A stretch of 56,419 nucleotides of DNA, the filler included, from Dimargaris cristalligena (Eukaryota), in assembly GCA_003614675.1 (NCBI GenBank). It is 3 parts of 3 records of this genome, joined end to end, with 100 filler letters (N's around TTAATTAATTAA, not from the genome) between each part and the next. Parts side by side here need not be neighbours in the genome. Positions count along the whole stretch, not along the records: positions 1 to 18,766 come from ML002755.1; 2 more parts are not named here. One strand, given 5' to 3'. Positions 1-10,855 of this stretch are shown here, piece by piece. Position 1 is the stretch's first letter; each line of letters opens with the position of its first letter. The position numbers were made by a program, and so were the translations under genes. The notes beneath the pieces are model-generated. The model had not been told where the DNA came from. It saw only the letters and a program-made list of their open reading frames with translations, and did not search any database.

Positions 1-94
1 TTGGAACAGCAAGTCTATTATTACCTTTCCCTTTTTATCACCTATCTTTTTGAATAAAGTTCAGTTTTCAAGGATTTGAGTTCAGTTCTTTACA
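1..94 (-). mobile_element. Fragment of LTR-like repeat family C (5' end TGTAAAGAAC on minus strand), cut by the window start
   Basis: 24-94 is the near-perfect reverse complement of 18697-18766, and the homology ends sharply at ...TTTACA (94). Confidence 0.6.
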
Positions 95-95
95 G

Positions 96-522
96 ATGTA
101 CAGTGGGTACACTTACTAGTTAGCACAAGGGGGGAATGAGTATATAGAGTTTATTGAGGTAAACTAGGGGATATGAATAAGCTAAGGAATTGAACCAGTC
201 CCAGTGGGGGCCTGGTTATATATAACAGGGAAAGCTCCAGAGGGAGGTCCCAAGGGAATACTAGTAAGGCTAAGGTATGGAAGTAAAGAATCCGACTGGA
301 CAACATTACATTGGAAGAGTCTCATGGGAACTGGAAGAGTCTTGGACCAGCAAGCTGAGTGTTTGGAGTGCAAAGTGTTGGGGTCAAATAAGCAGGGTTA
401 CATAATAAAAGATGACCCCATAGTACTGGGGGTGACTATGGGAGGGTTAATATGGCACTATAAGGCTGAAATGGGACAGGCAATAGTTAGGTCTGGATTA
501 AGTTGGATTTGGAGGGCTGATA
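96..522 (-). mobile_element. Truncated, inverted copy of LTR family A
   Basis: Its reverse complement aligns colinearly with 822-~1245 and 17811-~18245. It is truncated where the family C fragment abuts it. Confidence 0.75.
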
Positions 523-552
523 CAGGTATAGGTAATTTTATATGCCAATATT

Positions 553-759
553 TATTGGAATAACAGCAGATTCTCTCAATGATATTCTAAGATAGATTAA
601 AGATGAAGTTTATTTTAAGATAGATATAAAAAGGAAAGAACCACAAGATGGGAATTAAGCTCATCACAGTAGTATTTATAGGGTGTAGTTTCAACTAATA
701 GAATCACTCAAAATACCTGATACAGTAAATGGTACTTGTGGGGGAGATGTAGTTTAACA
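553..759 (+). mobile_element. Solo LTR, family B (207 bp), with 5-bp target-site duplication ATATT
   Basis: Ends TATTGG...TTAACA are decayed forms of TGTTGG...CCAACA. ATATT flanks both sides (548-552, 760-764). Colinear with 35893-36098. Confidence 0.85.
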
Positions 760-821
760 ATATTATGGTTACTGGAGAAATTAAATATGTTAGTATAGGT
801 TTAGAAAACAAACAACTGGGT

Positions 822-1400
822 TGTCAGCTCTTCTAATCTGACTTAATCCAGACCTAACAATCATCTATCCTTATTAGGCCTTATAGTACCATATTAACCT
901 TCCCATAGTCACTCCTGGTACTATGGGATTATTCTGCATTATATAGCCATTTGGACTATGTGGTTTGCACTAATCACTCCTGTGCTGATCTAAAGACTCT
1001 TCCAGTTCCCAACCGAGTCTTCCAAGTCCTCATGGCCATCCAGCTAACTTATTACCATACCTATTAGTCTTAGTAGTACCTTCCTCTGGGGGCCTCCCTC
1101 AGAAGCCATCCCTGTGTATATATAACTAGACCCCCTTGGGACCAGTTAGACTCCTTAGCTTATTCTTACCCCCCTAGTTTACCCCAATAAACTCTATATA
1201 TGCTCATATCCCCTTGTACTAACTAGTAAGTTTGCCCACTGCATGTCCCTTTCATAACTGATTGCCTAAGCCTTTATTGGTTAGTACTATGCCCTGTACC
1301 TAATGCTAGTAGCCTGCTTGGCCAAGTCTAAGCCCCGCCTACCATTAGAAGCCTATCCTTGGGACTCTTGATTTACTAAGAGTGGTTAACCCAGGCAACA
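822..1400 (+). mobile_element. Solo LTR, family A (579 bp), TG...CA ends, flanked by TGGGT
   Basis: Starts TGTCAG and ends GCAACA, with TGGGT at 817-821 and 1401-1405. Homologous over its full length to 17811-18397. Confidence 0.8.
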
Positions 1401-1593
1401 TGGGTGAAGGGTGCTCTGTGTAATGCAAAATATGATATCTGCTAGATAGGCTGGTAAATTGGTTTCAAAAATAATTTATCATTTTCCTATATGTGTGTCA
1501 TTCAAAATATTACTATACAGCTGTATTAAAGTTTACCCATATGTGGTTTAGTTATAGCTAAGTGTGGATATATTCAGCTGCAAGTTGACTAAA

Positions 1594-3447
1594 CTAAATC
1601 TTGCCTGTCAGACGTGACCAAAATGCAGGAGGGGATACTAATAGTCGAATTGCTCCTGGCCGGGATGATTTGAGACTGGGTTCAGGGGATCCCATACCAA
1701 TGACCCCAGCCCGCGAAGCCGGTGGCTTGACCAAATAAGAGGAGTGGGGGGACCTAGAATGACTGAGCACCTTTGGTACCGTATCATACGGGGGTAGCCG
1801 TAAATTACATGCGGAGCTACTGTCCCTCGTTGGTCCGCAGTCGGGGAGTGGTGCCACAGGATTAGGCCATCCCGGCGGGTCGCGAGTTGTTGACCCAATG
1901 ATGGAATCCGATTGCCCGTGACTACTAGAACTGGAGGGGCGTTGCCGAAGTTGGTCTGGTTTGACTGGTCCGACCGAAATGGAAAGGGGGCCGGGGGTGA
2001 AAATAGAAGGTGAAGTGGTGGTAGAGGTAGAGGTGATGGGCTGTACTGGGGGAGATCCCAAAATAGGCGTTGAGGGGGTGAGGGGTGAGCGATAAGCTGG
2101 AATGGGAGGAGGAGGGGGAGGATGGCTCGGGAGGGCCGTCGTGGTCCGTCTTTGGTATATGGATTGGCAACGCCGTAACCAGCCCCGATTCGGGAGACGT
2201 TTAGGCAACCATAGATTAGAGCCACCATTGCCAGCTTCGTCCGTTTTTCCATCCAAGGAACTATATGAACCGTCAGAGGAGACGGACGTCGAAGTGGTTG
2301 ACGAAGAAGGCTGACAGCCAATGAGAGTGGGTTGATCGAAGGGTATGCCCGGTGACCGCCGGAGTGGCATGGGGGGCGATGATAACGACGCCGACGATAG
2401 CGACGATGATGATGACGACGATAGTGATGGCCCCAACCTCGACCCTGGTGGATGATAGGTGGGTTGTGGAGAGGGGGCCCGGCGCAGCAAAAGCACCGAA
2501 GCCGAGGCTTTGACAAAGGCAACAAGGACGGAGTCAGCTCGGGTTGGGGTCGGGGCTGGAGTGGGGCAGAGTCGATCGGCGTAGCCCATCAAATAATCCA
2601 CCTGCTCAATCGTTAGGGCGCCCCGACGCTTCCGGCGAACCAGTTCAATGGCGGTGGCCGGCGCCATCCCGTTGGCCACCAGGGCCATAGTCACTAGTAG
2701 TGGGGCTCGGCCCAGGCCGGATACACAGTGAATTGCAATGGTCATACCTCCTAAAGTGGGAAGGGACGACGATGATGCCAATGAAGATAGAGGGGGTGAT
2801 GAATCAGTTGTAGACGGAATGGCAGTGGTAGATGACTGTTCTGCAGCTTGATGTGCCCGCTCTCGGACAAGCTGGAACCACTGCCGGATGACTCGGTTGG
2901 GTGGGTACTGTAGCCCATCGGGGTAATGCCAGTGATGGGTGCGAATTCCCGCACGTTCTAATACTTCCGCCGGGTAGGTGGCTGAATCACACACCCGTAC
3001 TACGTCTGTCACCCCCGCGGTCTGGAAAACCTCAAGGTAGTGATTCAGGTTGGAGTGGGTGGGACAGTCGGTAATGAGAAACCGTAGGGGGGAGTTCGTT
3101 GTAGCGGTGATGGAGGCGGTTGCTGTTGGGCCAGTTGCTGAAAGGGGCGATACATTGGAGGAATGATGGTCGCCCTGCCTTTTGGCCATAGCCTCTTCTC
3201 GACTATCCGATTGGTATCGACGATGACAGCGGTTTAATACACGGCCACTGCCGTTGTGGTCATTGTGGTATGGATAGTCAATCAGGGGCAGGTGGGGGTT
3301 GTTCTGGAAAACCGATCGGGTAGATTGGGTGAGTCGGCGGGTACCACTGGAGTTCAGGGGTCGAAAGATAGAGGGGGATGCGGACACTCCTGCCGTTGAG
3401 TGAACAGGTAGTGAAGGTGGTGTACGGGCGAGTGCGGTAGTAGCCAT
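1594..3447 (-). CDS. PRL/PTP4A-like protein tyrosine phosphatase with long Ser/Pro-rich extensions
   Basis: 617-aa ORF with PRL hallmarks LRFLITDCP, VTDVVRVC and HYPDG, the P-loop IAIHCVSGLGRAP (CX5R followed by Ala), and IELVRRKRRGAL. Confidence 0.85.
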   Translation of the reverse strand: MATTALARTPPSLPVHSTAGVSASPSIFRPLNSSGTRRLTQSTRSVFQNNPHLPLIDYPYHNDHNGSGRVLNRCHRRYQSDSREEAMAKRQGDHHSSNVSPLSATGPTATASITATTNSPLRFLITDCPTHSNLNHYLEVFQTAGVTDVVRVCDSATYPAEVLERAGIRTHHWHYPDGLQYPPNRVIRQWFQLVRERAHQAAEQSSTTAIPSTTDSSPPLSSLASSSSLPTLGGMTIAIHCVSGLGRAPLLVTMALVANGMAPATAIELVRRKRRGALTIEQVDYLMGYADRLCPTPAPTPTRADSVLVAFVKASASVLLLRRAPSPQPTYHPPGSRLGPSLSSSSSSSLSSASLSSPPMPLRRSPGIPFDQPTLIGCQPSSSTTSTSVSSDGSYSSLDGKTDEAGNGGSNLWLPKRLPNRGWLRRCQSIYQRRTTTALPSHPPPPPPIPAYRSPLTPSTPILGSPPVQPITSTSTTTSPSIFTPGPLSISVGPVKPDQLRQRPSSSSSHGQSDSIIGSTTRDPPGWPNPVAPLPDCGPTRDSSSACNLRLPPYDTVPKVLSHSRSPHSSYLVKPPASRAGVIGMGSPEPSLKSSRPGAIRLLVSPPAFWSRLTGKI

Positions 3448-6400
3448 ACCCCAAACGTCGGGCTTTTACACAGATGGGTACACTTGATAGTGATGGAAAA
3501 AGAGCCGGAGTGTTATTATGAAGTGGTACGCGGTTATTCGTAGACTCTCAGGTAGTTCGATTGGCAGAGAGGGTTGTCTACCATTATAAACGAATGTTAG
3601 TTCACATTTTCCAAACTTGAGTTAATAAGGTTTACGATGGGTGGTAAATAGTTCTGAGCAGTTCTAGTAAGCGACCCAGTTAAGAAGGTATATAAACCCC
3701 GCTAGACCAGCCTCGTGTGGTCAGATAAAGCTCAGGGCATACACAAGATGCTCATTTTGGGCTGAGGAAACCAGTTTCATTTAATAAATATTTGCAATGG
3801 GATAAGTAGTTTACCTTATTTGAATAGCAAAAACCGGGAGGAGGGGGCAGGCCACTATTATGCGTGGTAAGACCAATAATTGATAGTAGTAGGGGGGAAG
3901 TGAATTGCGTAGTGAAGAGCCAGGTAAACAAACCTGCAACTAGCAGCCAATGCTACCAATCAACAGATGGTTTCCACTATTGAAAAAGAAGATAAAAAGT
4001 ATCGGAATAAGAGTTAAATAAACCAGTGGGGGCGAATTGACAACGGGGGCGGAGGATATTTTTCGGTGGCCTTCGGGTGAGGAACGCAACGATGTAGATT
4101 ATATAGTAGCTGGAATGACCGGCTGGCCCTCACTGATAATTGACTACTAGGCCGTCGTATCAAGTAGATGCGGCTGATAGCACCTTTTGTTGTACTCTTC
4201 GACTACGTTCAGAGTAGGCAGGGGGTCTTCGGTAGCGCATCCGGTCGGCCCAATTTCGCAGCTCCCTCTCCCTCTGGTTCACATCTTCCCCCTATCATTT
4301 ATGCTCCCACCGCCTTTGCTACCCACTTATTTAAAATGGACAGCCGCCAATTCAGTGTCCCCTGAGTCCGAACCTCCCAGCCACCTGCATTCTTACTTGC
4401 AGTGCCAGGAATGCCATCTCTCTGCCTCACGACTGTTACAGAAGGGTGGTAGCATCATTATTTTTTTACCTATTGGGTGAATTGAGCAGGGGGAGGGGGG
4501 TAATAATGTTGATATTTACTAATGAATATATTTAATAAAGAACTATAGCATGTTCGATACTAAACTGTATGGGAAGGACGGCATCTCGTCAGGGGTTGTT
4601 TGCTGCCTGCAGGTGTGGCCAGAAGTGCAACCCCATACGACGTTCAGTTGGACTCGAACTGAACCATGTCGGATAAGATGTACCCACGATGGTGCGTACA
4701 ATGTAATTAACGTGTCTATTTCTGCGCCACGGCTACTCATGGGTCGAGCTCATTGTACAGCATATTCCACCAAGAGGAAACCGCTGAAGCACTATAGTAG
4801 GTGGCGGTAGAATGGTTAATCGAGTTGGTGACGAGGATTGTCCGCTATCATGTCGGGCTTGCCTCATTTGGCACGAGTATAGTTGGGTGATTGGTTCAAC
4901 CCACAAGTACGCTAGACATTGCTGTATTTGTCGGCACCCGAATAGAAAATACTTTGCCGAATGGATAATTTCGCACTGTTCGATTATCTGACCTCAATAT
5001 TGCTCTTTATTCAGACCTAACTTATTACCTATAGGCATGTGGGGGGGGGGGGGGGGTTACCCGTTGCTACCACTGTTTGAAAAAAATAATTGATTACCGC
5101 CCAGCGATAGGGGACCCTCTAAGTGACTACACAGCTCGTAATCCCTGAAAAAATGGACCTTATAATGAATAGTTATTTTTAGTCCTCCCTCCCTTCAAGC
5201 CGCCAATGTCGCGGGTACCCTTACCGATAGTATCCATACCGTACCGTCCCCGTCCAATACCGCAGCGCTAGGTGTATTTATATATATGACCGGAGGTTTA
5301 TTATACAGTTTGCCAATTGATTAAGGGAGGCGGTGCGGGCATCCGGACCTGGTGGGCGGTATAATCTCCGACGAATAAAGTCGATTTCTGTTTTATAATC
5401 GTCCTACACCCCTTGCCTTAATCTAAACCCTAGGTTTGCCTTGGACTTATTGGCATTGCCGATTACTGGTCCGGCCGACCTGGGCAGAGGGGAACCATTT
5501 AGGTTGCAGCGGAAACTGATTGGTGGTATGGAAAAAGCGCCGGCTGATGGTTATCGATCTGGGGGATGTCTGACAACCGGTACCTCGTGATCATGGAGTG
5601 GAGTGGATTTGATAGAAATCCAGCTGAGCCATACCATATCATGACAAATCCGTTTGATAAGCCGGGGTTTACAGGCTAAAGACCAATCCCCCATCAGGTT
5701 CACTATTCACATTTCGCTTACTACACTATGGACAACTATGCCTAAGACCCGGGCTTATATATCAGCGAGTCGCAAACCCCCTGATTAGCCTGGGAGTACA
5801 CAAAATCCTGACGGGGGAGGGGGGGTTTTAATTGCGCACGTCTCTTAAAATGGATTACAGATGACATCGTTGCTGTACTATAAAACATATTCAAATATAC
5901 AAGTAGGGAGGGGTCCACAGCAACTAATGAAATATATCTGGAGTAAGCCCGTATTAGCCTTGCGGGTCTTTGCATTAGCCCGGTGCGAAACTGAACACAG
6001 GATAGCCAGTAATACCTAATGGCATTTCTCTCAAAGGTAAGAAAGGGGAGGGGTGCGGGAATATAGCCCCGGTATCCGGGACATATTCTCCGTGTGCTTA
6101 AGGATTGCCAGCAGTGCCAATTAGATAATACATATAGGCAAGGGATGAAAAGAAATATTGACTATATAACGCCTTTGTTCCTCAAACGCACTAAAGGTGC
6201 TGTACACACGGATGCGAGTGGTCGTCAAGCACGCCATCCCGGACCCACTCGGTGAAAGCCCGACGCGGATTGGCTCGTGATGGGTCTATTTCCCGATCAA
6301 GTCGCGCCTGTGGGAATGGCGTGCTTTGCTTGGGCCATTTTACCATCTAAATCCACCATCCCCACTAGTAATTACTTGTCATTTTCATACTAAATTTTCC

Positions 6401-6893
6401 TCGCCAGTAAGAGTGCCATTCGTCCACTTACTTACTTGTATGCATGCATATACACCACCCCCCAGGGTGATTAATCAATCAATAGACCGTGAGGCTTTTC
6501 TAAATTTATATGCCAGTTGGGCCTATAAAACCCCATCCCCAACCCGCTCTTTTGTAACTCCTTTCCCCTATCCAATTTGATTGTGCCTGTCTCTTTCATG
6601 GTTTCAGCCTATATAGTTCACCTCTTTTGACTCCTGGACCCTCGCGCGCGTCTCCTCCTCCTACTGTACCACCACGGTTCCCAACTTACTTACTTACTTC
6701 AACCTACTCAACTACTCATTGAACCCTCTAGTCCATTGCCTCTTCCTCTTTACGACTTGGTCATCCATCCACTTCGCTGCCACTTTTTTTTTGCATATAA
6801 AAATCCCTCATTGTTGGGTGCACAAATTCGTGAGCTATTTAAACTCGCTATACCCATAAACTTCGGTTGGACCCCCTCTCCCACCACCTCGCC

Positions 6894-8909
6894 ATGGGGC
6901 CCTCATCCTCCAGTGCCAAAACCAGCCCCGTCGAGTCCCATTCTAGCTCCGTCAGCTACCCATCACCGGCCTCCCCCGCCCACAGCCATGACATTGCTAC
7001 TTCCATTGCCGCCATCTTCTCCGATTTCGACCGCCAAACCCCCCCGGTCGTGAAATGCTACCGGCATGTCTCCGCCCAGCATCGTGCGGCAAGCGAGGCC
7101 ACCTACCAAGAGCTGTCCAAGCAGCTCCACAAGCTACCCGAGTCGGCCCGGGCTTCCGTTGAACAAGTGTGGACCACTTTCGGAGCCGCACCGTCAACTA
7201 CCCGGCACCTTATCCTGGCCGGCCTTCTCAACCAGTGCTGTATCCCCCAACTCTCGTTCCTCCACCGGTCCGTGCCGCCTTTGCTACGGGTCGACTTTAT
7301 TGCGCTGACTCCTCCCCAGGTCGCCTTCAAGATCCTGTCCTATTTGGACGCCACCACTTTATGTCGTGCGGCTCAGGTGTCCAAAACTTGGCAGGAAATG
7401 GCCGACGACGACCGGCTCTGGCACCACATGTGTGAGCAGCACATTGACCGTAAATGCACCAGCTGCGGCTGGGGGCTCCCTCCGCTGGCCAAGAAACGGC
7501 GCCGCTGTGAGGTTACCGACCACGAACTCATTCGAACCAACCAGACTGGCCAGGGCGGCGATGAAACTATGGGCAATGGCCCTACCCTGGCCCTTGAACC
7601 AGCGGTCGTGCCCCCGACTGGATTCTCCAATGTATGTTCACCTACGGGGGTACCCGCCATTGGGCCCCTGCCCCCCTCTACGACGACCTCACCGGAACGC
7701 CCCAGCAAACGCCAGTGCACTACGTCCGTGGCAGAGAGCACCACCGCCAATTCCCCCAGCTCCGTCGTGCGCCCCAGTAAACGCCCCTGGAAGTTAATCT
7801 ACTCCGAGCGACTTAAGTTGGAGCGCAATTGGCGGCGGGGCCAGTACCGTCTGCGGGTACTGGAGGGTCATACCGATGGTGTACTATGTCTCCAGTTCGA
7901 CGACGAGTACATCATGTCGGGCTCGTATGATTCAACCATTAAAATCTGGAACTCGGCTTCCGGGGCACTTATTCGGAGTCTGCGGGGCCATACCCGGGGT
8001 GTTCGGGCGCTACAGTTTGACCAGGTCAAGCTCATATCTGGGTCAATGGATGGAACCGTTAAGATTTGGAACTACCGGTCCGGCCAGTGTCTCCGTACCT
8101 TACCCGTAGGTGACTCCGGGGTCAACTGCCTCCACTTTGACCAAACGCTCCTGGCCGCAGGTAGTGTGGATGGTACCATTAGTGTGTTCAATTTCCAGTC
8201 GGGGGCAACCACCCAACTGACCGGTCACACCGATTGGGTCAATGGTGTGCGTATTCTAAGCTCCACTGAGTTGCTGTCGTGTTCGGACGATACCACCATC
8301 CGGCTTTGGAATTTGGATACTCGCACGTGTATTCGCGAGTTCGTGGGCCACGTGGGGCACGTCCAGACCTTCCAGCTCGCTACCCATCCCTGGAAGTTGC
8401 CCATTTCTCTTCAGCAACAGCAACCGGCCGCCTCGTCGTCACCTCACCTAGGAGCGACGGCGGGTGCCACCCATTTCACTGGAACGGCCGCCGACGGGCA
8501 CGAGTCCCGGCACACTGCGTCCTCCTCCGTCTCCTCGACTTCATCAGCAACCGTCCCGCGACCATTGGGAGGCACCTTTACGGCCAACGTGTTCGTCACG
8601 GGTGGACTGGATAGTACCCTCAAAGTATGGGATATAGATAGTGGTCGATGTTTGGATACCCTCTTTGGTCATACGGAGGGCATTTGGTCGGTCGCTTTGG
8701 ATTCCCTTCGCATTGTAAGCGCTTCGCATGATAGTACCATCAAGGTATGGGATACCCAGAGCCGACAGTGTCTACAGACCTTGCGCGACCACGAAGGGCC
8801 CGTTAATTGTGTGGCCCTCAGCGACACACGCGTCATCAGTGGTGGCATTGATCATAAAATCCGCATCTGGGACTTTGGCTTGGAGGATGAAACCCAAGCG
8901 GCGGTTTAA
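6894..8909 (+). CDS. sconB: F-box/WD40 sulfur regulator, Met30/SconB/Scon-2/Pof1 family
   Basis: F-box (DFIALTPPQVAFKILSYLDATTLCRAAQVSKTW), the family-specific HMCEQHIDRKCTSCGWGLP motif and about 7 GH...WD repeats. First in-frame ATG is at 6894; the ORF track starts at a TTG. Confidence 0.9.
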   Translation: MGPSSSSAKTSPVESHSSSVSYPSPASPAHSHDIATSIAAIFSDFDRQTPPVVKCYRHVSAQHRAASEATYQELSKQLHKLPESARASVEQVWTTFGAAPSTTRHLILAGLLNQCCIPQLSFLHRSVPPLLRVDFIALTPPQVAFKILSYLDATTLCRAAQVSKTWQEMADDDRLWHHMCEQHIDRKCTSCGWGLPPLAKKRRRCEVTDHELIRTNQTGQGGDETMGNGPTLALEPAVVPPTGFSNVCSPTGVPAIGPLPPSTTTSPERPSKRQCTTSVAESTTANSPSSVVRPSKRPWKLIYSERLKLERNWRRGQYRLRVLEGHTDGVLCLQFDDEYIMSGSYDSTIKIWNSASGALIRSLRGHTRGVRALQFDQVKLISGSMDGTVKIWNYRSGQCLRTLPVGDSGVNCLHFDQTLLAAGSVDGTISVFNFQSGATTQLTGHTDWVNGVRILSSTELLSCSDDTTIRLWNLDTRTCIREFVGHVGHVQTFQLATHPWKLPISLQQQQPAASSSPHLGATAGATHFTGTAADGHESRHTASSSVSSTSSATVPRPLGGTFTANVFVTGGLDSTLKVWDIDSGRCLDTLFGHTEGIWSVALDSLRIVSASHDSTIKVWDTQSRQCLQTLRDHEGPVNCVALSDTRVISGGIDHKIRIWDFGLEDETQAAV

Positions 8910-9838
8910 TTTCGATGTGGGGGACACCCCCCCCCCCTTCGGCCAACTCCACCGCCCCTTAATTACTCGCCATTGAGATCCACTACTACCTGGAAGGCCT
9001 AGCTTACCGACTCTGGCTGGTGGCGGGGCTTACTGGGACCACACTAATGTGGCGTCTCCGGTCTATATGACTCACGACTGCTTTCTTCCACGACCCTATT
9101 CTCTCCTTTTGCTTTTTTTAAGCGCTATCCCAATTGCATCGACTCTACTACACCAATCGTATCTTTCATTATACTATTAGTGGCTATAGGTCCTTTATTT
9201 GTATTATACATTATATATTCTAGCTATTCAATTGCGACTAATAAACCATTTCCTCTAAAGTTATTTATAATCAATTGGGATAACATTTTAATGGCTGTGC
9301 TTGTAAATACGACTGATTTGCCTCCACGTTTACCTCACAACGCTCAATTTCCATGACTTCTAAATATGGCTTTCAGATGCTGTGGCTAATACGTGTGGGT
9401 TGCTGATTCATCCACTGGGGGGCTGTTACGTCTATTAAGTTTAAGCAAGGAATAGATGTATTCATCACGTATTATAGTAGATTACATGGACCATACTGTG
9501 AAATGACTGACATGGATTGACGATGACTTGGCAGCTTGCAGGTTTATTTAATATTAATTATAATACTCCGTGTATATATCACCTGAGCTATAATTATCTA
9601 TTGCTCCCCTGGGAAACTCCCCCCTCCCTATCTATGGGGAACTTGGTCGATTGATTGATTTATTAATTTAAAGCGAAGACCCCCCCTCCCAACCGAAAGC
9701 TTTTAGTAAAGAGCACATATCAACTACACGACGCTAAGCTTAAGAAGAGGTTTCTCTATTTCACCCTTTTTACTTTATTGTCCGGCATTATTGTGACCCC
9801 TCTCCCCCCTACCCCTTTTTAGAACGGCACCCTTGACA

Positions 9839-10855
9839 ATGCGTCCTTCCCAAGCCATTTACACCGACTATGACATTCCAACCACCGATGGTCACCACTT
9901 GGCTGCTACGGTGATTACCAAGGCGGGCCTACCTCTACCCAAGTCGGCCGGCCATTTAGCTACCCCATCGACCCCGGCCCCGGCATTGGCATCCACCCCC
10001 TCCTCCGCTGCGACCCGGGCCCAGGCGCCTCCTATTCTGGTCATTTGCCATGGCCTACTCAACACCCGGTACTCCCGGGTGGTGCGGGCCCTGGCGGTGG
10101 GCCTGCCTTACCACGCCTGTATCTTCGATTTCCGGGGGAATGGGGATAGTTCGGGCAACACCCGTTACGGCAACTACTTGGAAGAGGCCGAGGACCTTCG
10201 TCAGGTGGTCCACTTTTTGCAACATAACCTGGGCTATCGGGTCGCCGGATTCATGGGTCACTCCAAAGGAGCGTCGGTCATGTTCATGTACGCGGTGCAG
10301 TACGCCGCCCTAGACGGACTTTGGGGATCGCAGAAGAAGGAGGAGAAGGAGAATATAGCAGCAACCCCTTTGTCTTCCACCGGCGTCGCTGGTGGTGAAC
10401 CACCCCTGTTGTTGGTCGATGTGGCGGGCCGGTTCGATATGACCCAGGCCCCGATGCTCCGGTTCACGGCCGAACAGCAGCGGTCCCTCCAGGAACAGGG
10501 GGAATGTGTGTGGACCCACTACGGACCGGACCGCGACCGACCCTACATTGTCCGGCAACGTGATTTGGACGAACGGTCGGCGACGGCCATGGGAGCGGTG
10601 CGGGACCTCGATATGACCCGCTCTCGGGTGCTGTTGGTCCACGGCGAAGACGATGATGTTGTGCCTGTGTCGGAAGCCCAGCTGTACTACGATACAATCC
10701 TTAATGGTACTTCACTTAATGGGCAAGTTTCTGAAGATCGACTGGCCCTTCGCACTTTGCCCAGGACTACCCATGTCTTTACAGAAGCGTTTGAGCGGGA
10801 CCAGCTACTTCAAGTCGTAGGAGATTGGCTAAAAGAACATATGGTGGCACTGTAG
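9839..10855 (+). CDS. Alpha/beta-fold serine hydrolase
   Basis: Motifs LVICHG, FDFRGNGDS, nucleophile elbow GHSKG, LLVHGEDDDVVP (Asp) and THVF (His). ATG at 9839. Confidence 0.88.
   Translation: MRPSQAIYTDYDIPTTDGHHLAATVITKAGLPLPKSAGHLATPSTPAPALASTPSSAATRAQAPPILVICHGLLNTRYSRVVRALAVGLPYHACIFDFRGNGDSSGNTRYGNYLEEAEDLRQVVHFLQHNLGYRVAGFMGHSKGASVMFMYAVQYAALDGLWGSQKKEEKENIAATPLSSTGVAGGEPPLLLVDVAGRFDMTQAPMLRFTAEQQRSLQEQGECVWTHYGPDRDRPYIVRQRDLDERSATAMGAVRDLDMTRSRVLLVHGEDDDVVPVSEAQLYYDTILNGTSLNGQVSEDRLALRTLPRTTHVFTEAFERDQLLQVVGDWLKEHMVAL

Noticed and set aside
182-563. Short ORFs in the LTR nest, and similarly at 35520-36290
   Set aside because: They lie within LTR or decayed repeat DNA, have no gag, pol or transposase motifs, and are not kept open between copies.
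5040-5056. G homopolymer and scattered (TA)n, (TG)n, (ATTG)n and (TATTGA)n runs
   Set aside because: Ordinary simple repeats; no telomeric array is present.
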